A stretch of 62,134 nucleotides of DNA from an uncultured bacterium (GTDB lineage Bacteria > Joyebacterota > Joyebacteria > Joyebacterales > Joyebacteraceae). The notes beneath the pieces were generated by a model. It ran no database searches. It was not told the origin of the DNA and saw only the letters and a list, made by a program, of their open reading frames with translations. The position numbers were made by a program, and so were the translations under genes. The stretch covers positions 1-62,134 of the forward strand of contig CAZAQL010000002.1 of NCBI GenBank assembly GCA_964487295.1. The letters are read 5' to 3'. Positions 1 through 9,003 of this stretch are shown here, piece after piece (the first letter of the stretch is position 1; each line of letters opens with the position of its first letter).

Positions 1-515
1 ACGGTCCCGTTGGGGATGTACGTCGCGCCGTAGTCGTAGTGCGACCAGAAGTACTCCCTGAGCGCCTTGGAGACCACGATCGTGCGGTCCGGGTAGTAGA
101 CGGAGGTGTACTCCCCGCGCTTGAGCACCCACGTCGCGAGAGCTCCCCACTTCTCCCTCTGCCAGTCCAGCCCGTGCACCGTCACGAGGGTCTTCGCCCC
201 GCGGTACCTTGGGAGCTTCGAGAAGAGCGATGGACCGAGCGCGTGGAAGTGGACGATGTCATAGCCCTGCACGAGGATGTGCGGCATCGCGAGCGCGCAG
301 TGTGTCGCGGTGTCCAGGTGCTTCGTCCGGACGCTGGGGATCGACTGGAGCTTCACGCCGCGGTACTCCCCGGCGACCTTCGTATAGTAGGGCCGGCAGT
401 AGACGGTCACTTCGTGGCCGCGCTCCACGAGTCGCGTCGCCAGCTCCTCGACGTGGCGCTCGATGCCACCGTACGTGGCAGGGATCCCCTTCTGCCCCAG
501 CATTGCGATCTTCAC
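1..515 (-). CDS. Glycosyltransferase family 4, N-terminal part (gene continues past the window start)
   Basis: Not in the ORF track because it runs off the edge. My reverse-complement translation from GTG at 515 gives VKIAMLGQKGIPATYGGIERHVEELATRLVERGHEVTVYCRPYY...TVHGLDWQREKW, a typical GT4 N-terminal Rossmann domain. GTGA start/stop overlap with the upstream gene at 512-515. Confidence 0.75.
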   Translation of the reverse strand, partial: MKIAMLGQKGIPATYGGIERHVEELATRLVERGHEVTVYCRPYYTKVAGEYRGVKLQSIPSVRTKHLDTATHCALAMPHILVQGYDIVHFHALGPSLFSKLPRYRGAKTLVTVHGLDWQREKWGALATWVLKRGEYTSVYYPDRTIVVSKALREYFWSHYDYGATYIPNGT

Positions 516-1732
516 GGGATGACCCTTTCGTATATCGCCATCATCTTCTCGTAGTGGGCGTCCGGACCGTACTCCGACTCCGCTCGCTTCCGCGCTCTTC
601 GCCCCATCTCGATCGCGCGCTCCGGATGGTCCCAGAGCTCCCGCATCACGGCCGAGAGACCGGCGTGATCGCCGGGCTCGTAGATGAGACCCGTCTTCCC
701 GTCCAGCACGAGCTCCGGGATGCCGCCCATCCGGGACCCGATGACCGCCTTGCCGTACGCCGCGGCCTCGTAGACCGTCAGTGGAGAGTTCTCGTAGCAC
801 TCCGACGACATCACGACGAAGAGAGCTCCGCGCATGAGCCGCTCGAGGGCTTCACCCTTAAGATACCCGGTGAACTCCACGTTGGCCAGTCCGAGCGCGT
901 CCGCGCGCCGTCTGAGGTCCTCCTCCAGAGGGCCGGAACCCGCGATCAGGAAGCGGACGTCCGGCGCGGCGGCCAGCGCGTCGAGGACCGTCATGAGCCC
1001 CTTGCCCGTCGAGAGCCGCCCGACCGAGACCGCGTATCCGTCGCTCTCGTACCGCGGCTCGAAGCGCTCCATCGCGATCGCGTAGGGCTGATGGACGATC
1101 CTCTCCTTGGGAACGCCGTGCTCGATCATACGCTGTCTGAGCGACTCGCTCGGCGCGACCCACAGGTCGACGAGCCGCGTGTAGCTCCCGAGCAGCTTGT
1201 GGAGGTAAGCCTCCACGCAGACCAGTCCGCTCCAGAGCAGCGAGTCGTGCATGCAGCGGTGGAACACCGCGTTGTAGTACCGCCAGCGGCGGCAGCGGCG
1301 GCACGGCCGTCCGTGAACGAACATCTGGTAGTTCGGGCAGACCAGCTTGTGATCGTGCAGCGTCTGCACGATCGGAACGCCGCGCCGCTTGAGCGCGTAC
1401 AGGATCGACGGCGAGAGCTGATGGGCTATGTTGTGAAGATGCGCGACGTCCGGACGGAACTCGTCCGCCAGGCGGCCTATCGCCGCGCTCGCCTCCCGCG
1501 AGTAGAGCACGTGGCACGCCATCCGCAGACGCCGCGCCGGTCCCATGCTCCCATCGAAGCCGACGTTCGACACGAAGTGCCGGTCGAACGCGCTCTCATC
1601 GTTCATCTCGTGACGCATCGCGAACGGCGCGACGCTGTGCCCGCGAGACTCAAGGATCCGCGCCAGCTCGAAGAAGTACCGCTCGGCGCCGCCCTTCACG
1701 AAGTAGAACTTGTTGGCCGCGAGCACCTTCAT
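512..1732 (-). CDS. Glycosyltransferase family 4
   Basis: ORF 512..1795. MKVLAANKFYFVKGGAERYFFELARILESRGH at the N-terminus and the C-terminal region SSECYENSPLTVYEAAAYGKAVIGSRMGGIPELV are typical of GT4. Start placed at ATG 1732, preceded by GAGGGGAG. 1795 is the longest-ORF alternative. Confidence 0.85.
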   Translation of the reverse strand: MKVLAANKFYFVKGGAERYFFELARILESRGHSVAPFAMRHEMNDESAFDRHFVSNVGFDGSMGPARRLRMACHVLYSREASAAIGRLADEFRPDVAHLHNIAHQLSPSILYALKRRGVPIVQTLHDHKLVCPNYQMFVHGRPCRRCRRWRYYNAVFHRCMHDSLLWSGLVCVEAYLHKLLGSYTRLVDLWVAPSESLRQRMIEHGVPKERIVHQPYAIAMERFEPRYESDGYAVSVGRLSTGKGLMTVLDALAAAPDVRFLIAGSGPLEEDLRRRADALGLANVEFTGYLKGEALERLMRGALFVVMSSECYENSPLTVYEAAAYGKAVIGSRMGGIPELVLDGKTGLIYEPGDHAGLSAVMRELWDHPERAIEMGRRARKRAESEYGPDAHYEKMMAIYERVIP

Positions 1733-1772
1733 CGTCTGAACGGACTCCCCTCGCCCGACCGGCCCGAGCCTG

Positions 1773-2756
1773 TCATCGGTCCACGGTCGTGTCAAGCCCG
1801 AGCAACTTCGCCTTGAGCATCCAGATGAGCGGCTTCAGAGGCCTCCGCTTCATCGGGGGCGCCACGGTGCACACCATCCAGCACTGCACGTCGCACGTGT
1901 CGACCGCCTCGTGAATCCGCTTCCAGGAGCGTCGCCTGAGCTCCGCGAAGCTCCCGTCGCGGATGTTGCCGATCAGCGTCCCCCCGACGTTGCAGGGATA
2001 GACGTCGCCCCACGGGTCGAGAAAGAAGAAGTCCGTCCCGGCGCGACACGGAAGGCGCCTGGGCCGGCCGCGGACGTACTCGATGAGCCCGCGCACGTAG
2101 TACGCCTTCGCGAGCTCGAGCGGCCGCCACGAGCGAAGCTGATCGCGCATGATGGCGCTCATCTCGCGGACCGACTCCGCCGAGTGCGGACGCTCCACAT
2201 CGTGGTCTCCGAAGAAGATGGGCGAGCTGTGGGCGGCCGTCACGCTGAACTTAAGCCCCATCTCCCGCGTCTTGTCACGGACCCTCGTGACCTCGCCGAC
2301 GTTCGACTCGGTCGCGGTCACGGCGAGCCCGAGGTCCTCGACGCCGAGTCCGCGGAGACGCCTGACGGTCTCCATGGCCCGGTCGTACGCGCCCGGGACG
2401 CCGCGCACCGCGTCGTGCGCCTCTCCGATGCCGTCCACGGAGACCCGCACGGCGACCCCGGGCATCTCCGTCATCGCCTTCTCGATCCTCTCCGGCGCCA
2501 GGCCGTTGGTCGAGATGAGGATCCTGGCCTTCGGGCAACGCTCGCGCATCACGCGCACGACCTCCGCGATGTCGTCCCGCAGGAACGGCTCGCCGCCGCT
2601 TACGTTGATCGAGCGGAGGCTTCGCGGAAGCCACCGGTAGTCCGACGGAGCGAGCTCCCGCTCGCGCCGCGCGTCGGACTTCCAGATGTCGCACATCACG
2701 CACCGCGAGTTGCAGCGGTAGGTGACCGCGACGACGCAGTCTATGGGTCCTCTCAC
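1773..2756 (-). CDS. Radical SAM protein with Cys-rich C-terminal (SPASM/twitch-like) region
   Basis: CX3CX2C motif in VAVTYRCNSRCVMCDIW. C-terminal cysteines occur in LPCRAGTDFFFLDPWGDVYPCNV and CDVQCWMVC. GTG start overlaps the upstream stop (GTGA at 2753-2756). Confidence 0.8.
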   Translation of the reverse strand: MRGPIDCVVAVTYRCNSRCVMCDIWKSDARRERELAPSDYRWLPRSLRSINVSGGEPFLRDDIAEVVRVMRERCPKARILISTNGLAPERIEKAMTEMPGVAVRVSVDGIGEAHDAVRGVPGAYDRAMETVRRLRGLGVEDLGLAVTATESNVGEVTRVRDKTREMGLKFSVTAAHSSPIFFGDHDVERPHSAESVREMSAIMRDQLRSWRPLELAKAYYVRGLIEYVRGRPRRLPCRAGTDFFFLDPWGDVYPCNVGGTLIGNIRDGSFAELRRRSWKRIHEAVDTCDVQCWMVCTVAPPMKRRPLKPLIWMLKAKLLGLDTTVDR

Positions 2757-3970
2757 GGCTCTGGCGCCCCATCGCCGAATCCGAACAACCAGTCGTATGC
2801 CTTCACGAGCTCCGTGCCGGTGTGCTCCCAGCAGAGCTCATCCTCGATCCGTTTCCTGTTCCGCTCCCCCATGCGCTCCCTGAGCCTCGGGTCGTCGAGA
2901 AGCTGGATGATCCTCTCGCCGAACTCGATCTCGTCGTTCGGCATGGCGTAGAGCGCGCCGTCCTGAGCCGAATAGTGGCTCTCCTTGAGATCGTAGGAGA
3001 CCATCGGCTTCCCGAACGTCATGTACTCGAGAACCTTGTTCATGGTCGAGACGTCGTTGAGCGGGTTCTTCGGGTCGGGGCAGACGCAGACGTCGGCGGT
3101 CGAAAGGTACCGGCGGACATCCTCGTCCGGCACGCGGCCCGTCATCTCCACGAAGTCCTGGAGCCCGAGATCGTCGCGCAACGCCTTGAGGTCGACGAAG
3201 GAGTCGCCGGAACCGATGAGAACGAAGTGCACGTCCCGGCGCTTCACGACGTCGACGACGTGACGGATCGAGCGCAGGAGGTAGTCGAGGCCGTCCTGCG
3301 GCGCCATGACGCCGAGATAGCAGATCAGGAAGCGCTTCCCCCGCTTCAGCTCGGGCTCCGGGGCGACCGGCGTGAACCGGGCAACCTTGGGACCGCTCCG
3401 GACCACGTAGACCCTGTCCGCCGGGAAACGGCCCACGGTCGACGCGTGCTCCTTGTACGACACGTTCGTCGCGACGACCATGTTCGCGGTCCGGTACGTG
3501 AACCACTCGAGCACGCGCAGAAGCGAGAAGTTGAGCGCGCGCCTGCCTCCGAACCGCGAGAGGTAGAGCTCCGGGCAGAGGTCATGCTGATCGAAGACGA
3601 ACCGGCTTCGCCTCAGCAGCTTGAACAGCGCCGCGATGGCGAAGAACGTGTCGGGCGGATTGCACGCATGGATCGCGTCGAAGCCCTCCCGGCGTGCCAC
3701 CCGGAACGCCAGCCTGAGGGACGTGAACCAGCAGTACGGGAACTCCCACGCATAGGAGAGCTTGTTCGTCGTCGGCGGAGGCGGCGGGTAGCGGTAGATG
3801 CTGATCCCGTCGATGACCTCGAACGACTTCTTGTAGTTCCGCCCCTGCGGACAGATGACGCTCACGTCGTAGCCCGCATCCTTGAGCGTCGTCGATTCGA
3901 GCCAGACACGGCGGTCGAACGGCACCGGCAGGTTCTCGACGATGATGAGGATCCTCTTGTTCTTCTTCAC
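2753..3970 (-). CDS. Glycosyltransferase family 4 (WbuB-like)
   Basis: MKKNKRILIIVENLPVPFDRRVWLESTTLKDAGYDVSVICPQG plus a GT1-fold C-terminal domain (VCVCPDPKNPLNDVSTMNKVLEYMTFGKPMVSYDL). Confidence 0.85.
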   Translation of the reverse strand: MKKNKRILIIVENLPVPFDRRVWLESTTLKDAGYDVSVICPQGRNYKKSFEVIDGISIYRYPPPPPTTNKLSYAWEFPYCWFTSLRLAFRVARREGFDAIHACNPPDTFFAIAALFKLLRRSRFVFDQHDLCPELYLSRFGGRRALNFSLLRVLEWFTYRTANMVVATNVSYKEHASTVGRFPADRVYVVRSGPKVARFTPVAPEPELKRGKRFLICYLGVMAPQDGLDYLLRSIRHVVDVVKRRDVHFVLIGSGDSFVDLKALRDDLGLQDFVEMTGRVPDEDVRRYLSTADVCVCPDPKNPLNDVSTMNKVLEYMTFGKPMVSYDLKESHYSAQDGALYAMPNDEIEFGERIIQLLDDPRLRERMGERNRKRIEDELCWEHTGTELVKAYDWLFGFGDGAPEP

Positions 3971-4060
3971 GCTGACCTCCGTGCCACTCGCCTCGACGAC
4001 GTGTCGTCCGGCAACGCGACCTCGCGCGCCACCCGCCCCCGGCGGGACGCCGCGCGGCGG

Positions 4061-5386
4061 CTACCAGGCGATGCCGATGTATCGCCCTTTCGCTTTCGAC
4101 GGATCGTCCGTGATCCGCACGAGGTCGACCATGACCTGGTCCGCGCGCATGCGCTCCGGGACACTCTTGAACTCCTCGGCGCCGTTCGCGACGACGATGA
4201 CCTCGGACCGCTCGAGCAGTTCCTCCACACTCGCCGCGCGGATCTTCTCCGCATACGGCAGCTCGTGCTCGAGGAAACCCAGATTCGAGCCGAAGAGGTC
4301 GTTCCAGTTGATGTTCTCGTCGTAGATGCAGAGCTCGTAGCCCTTGCCGATGAGCGTCGAGACGACCTGGACGATCGGACTCTCTCTCAGATCGTCCGTC
4401 TCCGCCTTGAAGCTCATGCCGAGAACGCCGATCTTCTTCATGCCCGTCGCGCGGATGTGCTGGACGGCGCGTTCGATGTGCGCCGTGTTCGACGGGGTCG
4501 CCGCCGACAGCACGGGACACGCGAGATCGAGACGCTGGCTCATCCTCACGATGGCTCTGAGGTCCTTCGGCAGGCATGATCCGCCGAAGGCGAAGCCGGG
4601 CTTGAGGTAGTACGGTGAGAGGTTGAGCTGCGTGTCGAGGCAGAAGATCTCCATGACCTTGTGGCTGTCCGGCACGCCCATGCCCTTGGCGATGATCCCG
4701 ATCTCGTTGGCGAAGCAAACCTTGATCGCGTGGAAGCAGTTGTCGGCGTACTTCACCATCTCCGAGGTCTTGACGTTCGTGCGGACCAGAGGCGCATCGA
4801 TCGGCTCGTAGAGCGCCTCGAGCATGTCGCCCGCCTTCGACCCCTCCTCAAGCTCCCCGATGACGATCTTGGGCGGATGGTAGAAGTCCTGAACCGCTGA
4901 GGCTTCTCGCAGGAACTCGGGGTTGAACAGGACGCCGTAGGTCTCTCCCACCTTCCTGCCCGACGTCTCCTCGAGCACCGGGAGCAGTTCGTTCTCCACG
5001 GTGCCGGGAGGAATGGTGCTCCGGAAGACGACCGTGTGGAACTCGGACTTCCTCGCGAACACCTCGCCCATCTGCTGGCAGACCCGTTTCGTGTACTCAA
5101 GGTTCGGACTCCCGCCCTCCATCGACGGCGTGCCGACACAGACGAGCGACACGTCCGTGTTCAGGATGGCGTGCCCGTAGTCCTCGGTCACGGAGAGCCG
5201 CCCCTCGGCTACGCCCCTGGCAATGAGATCCGCGAGCCCGGGTTCGACGATCGGACTCGTGCCGTTCCGAAGGGGCTCGAGTTTCCTCGGATCAACATCG
5301 AGGCCGATGATCGTGTGTCCGAGATCACTGAAACAGGCTGCCGACACGCACCCGACGTATCCAAGACCCAGTACGCTGATTCTCAT
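4061..5386 (-). CDS. algD: GDP-mannose 6-dehydrogenase-like nucleotide-sugar dehydrogenase (AlgD type)
   Basis: True start is MRISVLGLGYVGCVSAACF (ATG 5386); the longer track ORF to 5620 is Arg/Ser-rich junk. NPEFLREASAVQDFYHPPKIVIGE, LNLSPYYLKPGFAFGGSCLPKDLRAI and the C-terminal ...GIAW resemble AlgD as I recall it more than Ugd/TuaD. Confidence 0.8.
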   Translation of the reverse strand: MRISVLGLGYVGCVSAACFSDLGHTIIGLDVDPRKLEPLRNGTSPIVEPGLADLIARGVAEGRLSVTEDYGHAILNTDVSLVCVGTPSMEGGSPNLEYTKRVCQQMGEVFARKSEFHTVVFRSTIPPGTVENELLPVLEETSGRKVGETYGVLFNPEFLREASAVQDFYHPPKIVIGELEEGSKAGDMLEALYEPIDAPLVRTNVKTSEMVKYADNCFHAIKVCFANEIGIIAKGMGVPDSHKVMEIFCLDTQLNLSPYYLKPGFAFGGSCLPKDLRAIVRMSQRLDLACPVLSAATPSNTAHIERAVQHIRATGMKKIGVLGMSFKAETDDLRESPIVQVVSTLIGKGYELCIYDENINWNDLFGSNLGFLEHELPYAEKIRAASVEELLERSEVIVVANGAEEFKSVPERMRADQVMVDLVRITDDPSKAKGRYIGIAW

Positions 5387-5420
5387 GGTGGAAGATCCGC
5401 TCCTCTCCATCCTGTGCTCT

Positions 5421-7760
5421 CTAGAGGCGGTTCGCCGCTCGCTCGTACTCGACGGCCGCTCCGTCCCTCGTCCACTTCGTGATGTCCAGCCCGACGGCAC
5501 CCAGCGGAGGCGACACCGCGCCGGGTCTCGACTCCGGCTCCAGGCAGATGCCGAACGCCCCCTCGAACTCCAGGTTCCCGAGCCGCACGCTGCCAGCCAG
5601 AAACCGCTGTCTCCTGCCATCGATCACGAAAGAGACGGAAGCGCCTGACCGCTCGTCTCCCTCGATGCGGACCGCGCCGCCCTCGAACGCGCTGCCGGGA
5701 AGAAGGAGCGACACCAACATCACGGGCAACTCGACCTCGCCGCGAAACCCGACGCGCGGGGCGGCCGTCCGGTCGCCGAAGCCGCGCGACACCCATCCGG
5801 TCCTCGGCTCCTCGCGTCCGGCGACGACCTCGCAGGCGAGGCCGCGCGGCGTCCTCAGATGCAGCATCGCGTTACCGCCCGGACCGCGGAGTCCGAAGAC
5901 CGTACGGCCGTCGATCGATGCGGCCGCGTCCCGTCTCACCTCGACGCCCGCGGCCATCTGGAAACCGCTCTCAACGTCGTGCCGGCCGCGTCCCACCAGC
6001 CGGTCCACGATGACGCACGCGCCGAGTGGAAGAAGCGCGACGGTCCGCGTGTGGACGACGCCGGTTCCACGGTAGCCGTCGTGGCTCCCCCTGAAGACGT
6101 CGCCCATGAGCGTCCTGCACCAGATCTCGCGTGACGGTCTAGCGCGCGCTCCCCACATGAAGGGACCCGCGATCTCCGACTGGTTCCGCCCGTCGACGGC
6201 CACGGTGTTGTGGGCGCGTGTCGAACGGAAGTGGTCGCGCCAGCCGCGTGAGCCGTGATAGCAGCACGTCCCCGGATCGACGATGAGCCACCGCCCCCCG
6301 ACGCCGTAGACCAGCGACAGGCAGTCCGCGTGTCCGTGCGCCGCGATCGACAGATACCCCAGTTCCCCACAGTCGACGACCGCGTGCGCCGGCTCCCTGG
6401 CCAGAACGAAGTAGCCTCCCTCGCTGAACGCCTCGCTCTCTCTGGTGCGCCGGTCGCGCCTTGAATCGAGCGCCCGGCGCACATCCGCCGGGCCGCGAAG
6501 CCAGAGCGACGGCTCCAGGTCGGCGTCCTCCGCGACGGCCGGGATCCAGTCCGCCGTCTCCAGAGCGGCGCACGCTGCCGCGCGGATCGCCTGCCGGCCG
6601 GAGAGGTCGGAGAGCTCGTACACGCGCCCCCCGTCCGAGTCCCCGATCTCGGGGACGACGCCGGCGCCGGACGCCGCGGCCGACAGAAAACCCGCCATCC
6701 GGCGGAGACGCTCCCGGACGTCTTCCGGGAGGTCCGAGCCCCGCGTCCGAAGCGCCGCTGCGGACACGAGGGCGAACTCCGCGACGAAGGCGCCGTAGTG
6801 AAGCGCCTGCTCTCGCGGCACCCCGTCCGGCGCGATCTGCCGGATGAACTCGCGCCGCAGATGCCTGAGCCCGGACGCGAGCCAGCCGCCCGCTCCCCTG
6901 AGGAACGGGAACTTGGCCGCGACGACAATGAGCCCGGCCGCCTCTCCAATGAGGTGGTTGTTCCTCGAAGAGGCGTAAACTGACAGGTTATCAGACAGGT
7001 GCTCGGCCTGCAATCGCGCACACGTCACCACCGTACGGACATCCTCGTCCGTTGCACCAACCGTGCCCACCAGGTCGACCGCGAGCGACCACGAGACAAG
7101 ACGAAGCGCGACTTCCAGGGCGCTCGTCCAGTTTATTCCGAAGAACGGCGGATTCCGATCCGCCCAGTCCCTCATCGACGTCCAGATCGCGCGCGCGTAC
7201 CTCTCGTCTCCCGTCAGAGCCCACGCCCGACCGAGCGTTACGAGCTCGTGCTGCCGGTTGATCTCCCAGACGAGACGCGGCTCCTCGAGCCCGGGCTCGT
7301 GTCTGAAGTCGAGCTCCGCCCAGTACGCGAGCGGCCACCTTCTGCCGGACCGAGGATCGGCGTGCCAGTCGGGCGGGTATCCCGTCTCGAAGGTCGTCCA
7401 CCCGAAGGCCGGGAGCCGACCGTCGAGCACGGCGTCGGCGGCCGCCGCGATGCGCCCGATCGATCCTCCGAGCAGCGCCAGTTCGCGCGCGAGGCCGGCG
7501 GCCTCGCGGGCGCCCGGCAGAAGCCGGCCTCGGTCTTCGTCGAGCACGCTCCGGACCGCCTCCGCAGACCGATCGAGTCCTGGAAGCTCGCCCGGATCGA
7601 GCACTCGCTCGAAGCGGACCATCCCCGTGACGGGAGTCGGCCGGGACGGGCGTCGCGCTCTGTTCCTCGCGGCGCGCGTGCATCGGACCGCCACCTCCGA
7701 AGGCGTCATCGCCGTCAGTCGGCGCGCGACCCAACGGAGCCTGTCGCTTCGATCACTCAA
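5421..7760 (-). CDS. Heparinase II/III-like family protein (polysaccharide lyase or polymer-level uronate epimerase fold)
   Basis: 779 aa. NNHLIGEAAGL, and AAHGHADCLSLVY...FRSTRAHNTVAVDG, are hallmark heparinase II/III C-terminal motifs. 8-nt overlap with the upstream GT stop. Confidence 0.8.
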   Translation of the reverse strand: MSDRSDRLRWVARRLTAMTPSEVAVRCTRAARNRARRPSRPTPVTGMVRFERVLDPGELPGLDRSAEAVRSVLDEDRGRLLPGAREAAGLARELALLGGSIGRIAAAADAVLDGRLPAFGWTTFETGYPPDWHADPRSGRRWPLAYWAELDFRHEPGLEEPRLVWEINRQHELVTLGRAWALTGDERYARAIWTSMRDWADRNPPFFGINWTSALEVALRLVSWSLAVDLVGTVGATDEDVRTVVTCARLQAEHLSDNLSVYASSRNNHLIGEAAGLIVVAAKFPFLRGAGGWLASGLRHLRREFIRQIAPDGVPREQALHYGAFVAEFALVSAAALRTRGSDLPEDVRERLRRMAGFLSAAASGAGVVPEIGDSDGGRVYELSDLSGRQAIRAAACAALETADWIPAVAEDADLEPSLWLRGPADVRRALDSRRDRRTRESEAFSEGGYFVLAREPAHAVVDCGELGYLSIAAHGHADCLSLVYGVGGRWLIVDPGTCCYHGSRGWRDHFRSTRAHNTVAVDGRNQSEIAGPFMWGARARPSREIWCRTLMGDVFRGSHDGYRGTGVVHTRTVALLPLGACVIVDRLVGRGRHDVESGFQMAAGVEVRRDAAASIDGRTVFGLRGPGGNAMLHLRTPRGLACEVVAGREEPRTGWVSRGFGDRTAAPRVGFRGEVELPVMLVSLLLPGSAFEGGAVRIEGDERSGASVSFVIDGRRQRFLAGSVRLGNLEFEGAFGICLEPESRPGAVSPPLGAVGLDITKWTRDGAAVEYERAANRL

Positions 7761-9003
7761 CCGTGTCTCCTTCGCCCGAGATGGTCTCGGCGATCAGCCG
7801 TTCGAGCGAGTCCACCGCCCGGTCCCAGCCGTATCGCTCCTCGGCGTATCGCCGGCAGCGCTCCCGGAGCTCAGCAGCGGCCTGCTCGTTGGAGAGCCAC
7901 TCCAGGACCGAGAGCATCCCGCGCCGGAGCGCCGCAGGGTCCGCGCCGGTGAAGACGAGCTGCGGCGCAAGCGGAGTGAGCAGCTCGGGCGTCGCTCCGA
8001 CCGGAGTGCCGATGGCGGGCGTGCCGCTCGCCAGAGCCTCCAGCGTCACCATTCCGAAGCCCTCGAAAGCGACCGACGGGAGCACGAAGAGATCGGCCGC
8101 CCGGTAGTACTCCGGCAGCTTGTCATCCGGCACGAATCCCTCCAGCCGCACGGCGTCCGCCAGCCCGAGCGAAGCCGCCTGCGAGCGAAGCTCCTCCTCG
8201 AGCCGGCCCCGGCCGGCGATGACCAGGGTGGCTTCCGGCCAGCGCTCGTGCACGGCCGCGAAGGCGGTCACGAGGTTCGGGAGCCCCATCCGGGGCACGA
8301 GCCGCCGCGCCGTGAAGAGGATGGCCCCGGTCCGGGGGAGCCCGAGCTCGCGCCGCACGGCCCCCCGATCTCCAGCGGGACGGAACCGCTCAAGATCCAC
8401 GCCGCCTGGGATCTTCACGGTCTTCGGGCGTGCGAATGAGTAGTAGCTGGCGAGCTGATCCGCGGAGAAGTCCGAGAGAACGACGACGCGGTCGGCGCGC
8501 CGCAGGCACGCCACCTCCGTGCGTCGGGCCATCCGTCCGAAGAGCAACGACTCCAGGGGCTTCGAGAGCTTGCGCTCCGCGCCCTCGAGCCTGAGTTCCT
8601 GCCAGAACGACGCATGGAACGTCATGATCTCAGGGATCGACGATCGCGCGACCGTGCGCAGATACGCGTAGTAGGGGAAGTAGTGATGAGGGAGAACCAC
8701 GTCGTATCGGTTCCGGCTCGCGAGCCTCTCGAGGACGGGCCGTGAGGCTCGGAGGGCGTCGCGCGTCCTGCCGCCCACGCGTCGCCCGCCGTCCGCCCGG
8801 CCGTAGCGGTGCACGGTGATCCCGTCGACCACCTCCGAGTCGGGCGTGCCGGCGCGGGTCCGCTGGCCGACCAGGTCGACGTGGTGCCCGCGGGCGGCCA
8901 GTCGGGTCATCGTCTCGTGCGCCACGCGTTCGACGCCCCCGAAGCTGTCGGGGATGAAGAACTGGTTGATGCAGAGGATGCGCATCGAGCCCGCCATCGT
9001 CAT
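7753..9003 (-). CDS. Glycosyltransferase family 4
   Basis: MRILCINQFFIPDSFGGVERVAHE and the E-rich C-terminal motif LPSVAFEGFGMVTLEALASGTPAIGTPVGATPELL. Start chosen at ATG 9003 (ATGA overlap with the upstream stop at 9000). 8985 is possible. Confidence 0.85.
   Translation of the reverse strand: MTMAGSMRILCINQFFIPDSFGGVERVAHETMTRLAARGHHVDLVGQRTRAGTPDSEVVDGITVHRYGRADGGRRVGGRTRDALRASRPVLERLASRNRYDVVLPHHYFPYYAYLRTVARSSIPEIMTFHASFWQELRLEGAERKLSKPLESLLFGRMARRTEVACLRRADRVVVLSDFSADQLASYYSFARPKTVKIPGGVDLERFRPAGDRGAVRRELGLPRTGAILFTARRLVPRMGLPNLVTAFAAVHERWPEATLVIAGRGRLEEELRSQAASLGLADAVRLEGFVPDDKLPEYYRAADLFVLPSVAFEGFGMVTLEALASGTPAIGTPVGATPELLTPLAPQLVFTGADPAALRRGMLSVLEWLSNEQAAAELRERCRRYAEERYGWDRAVDSLERLIAETISGEGDTVE

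Noticed and set aside
209-1816. Long plus-strand ORFs throughout the track (e.g. 209..1816, 2822..4579, 10304..11998, 19406..20758, 50769..53105, 57270..60194)
   Set aside because: Each lies antisense to a minus-strand gene with clear family motifs. Their translations are Arg/Pro/Ala/Gly-rich with no recognisable domains. Such stop-free antisense frames are expected in high-GC DNA.
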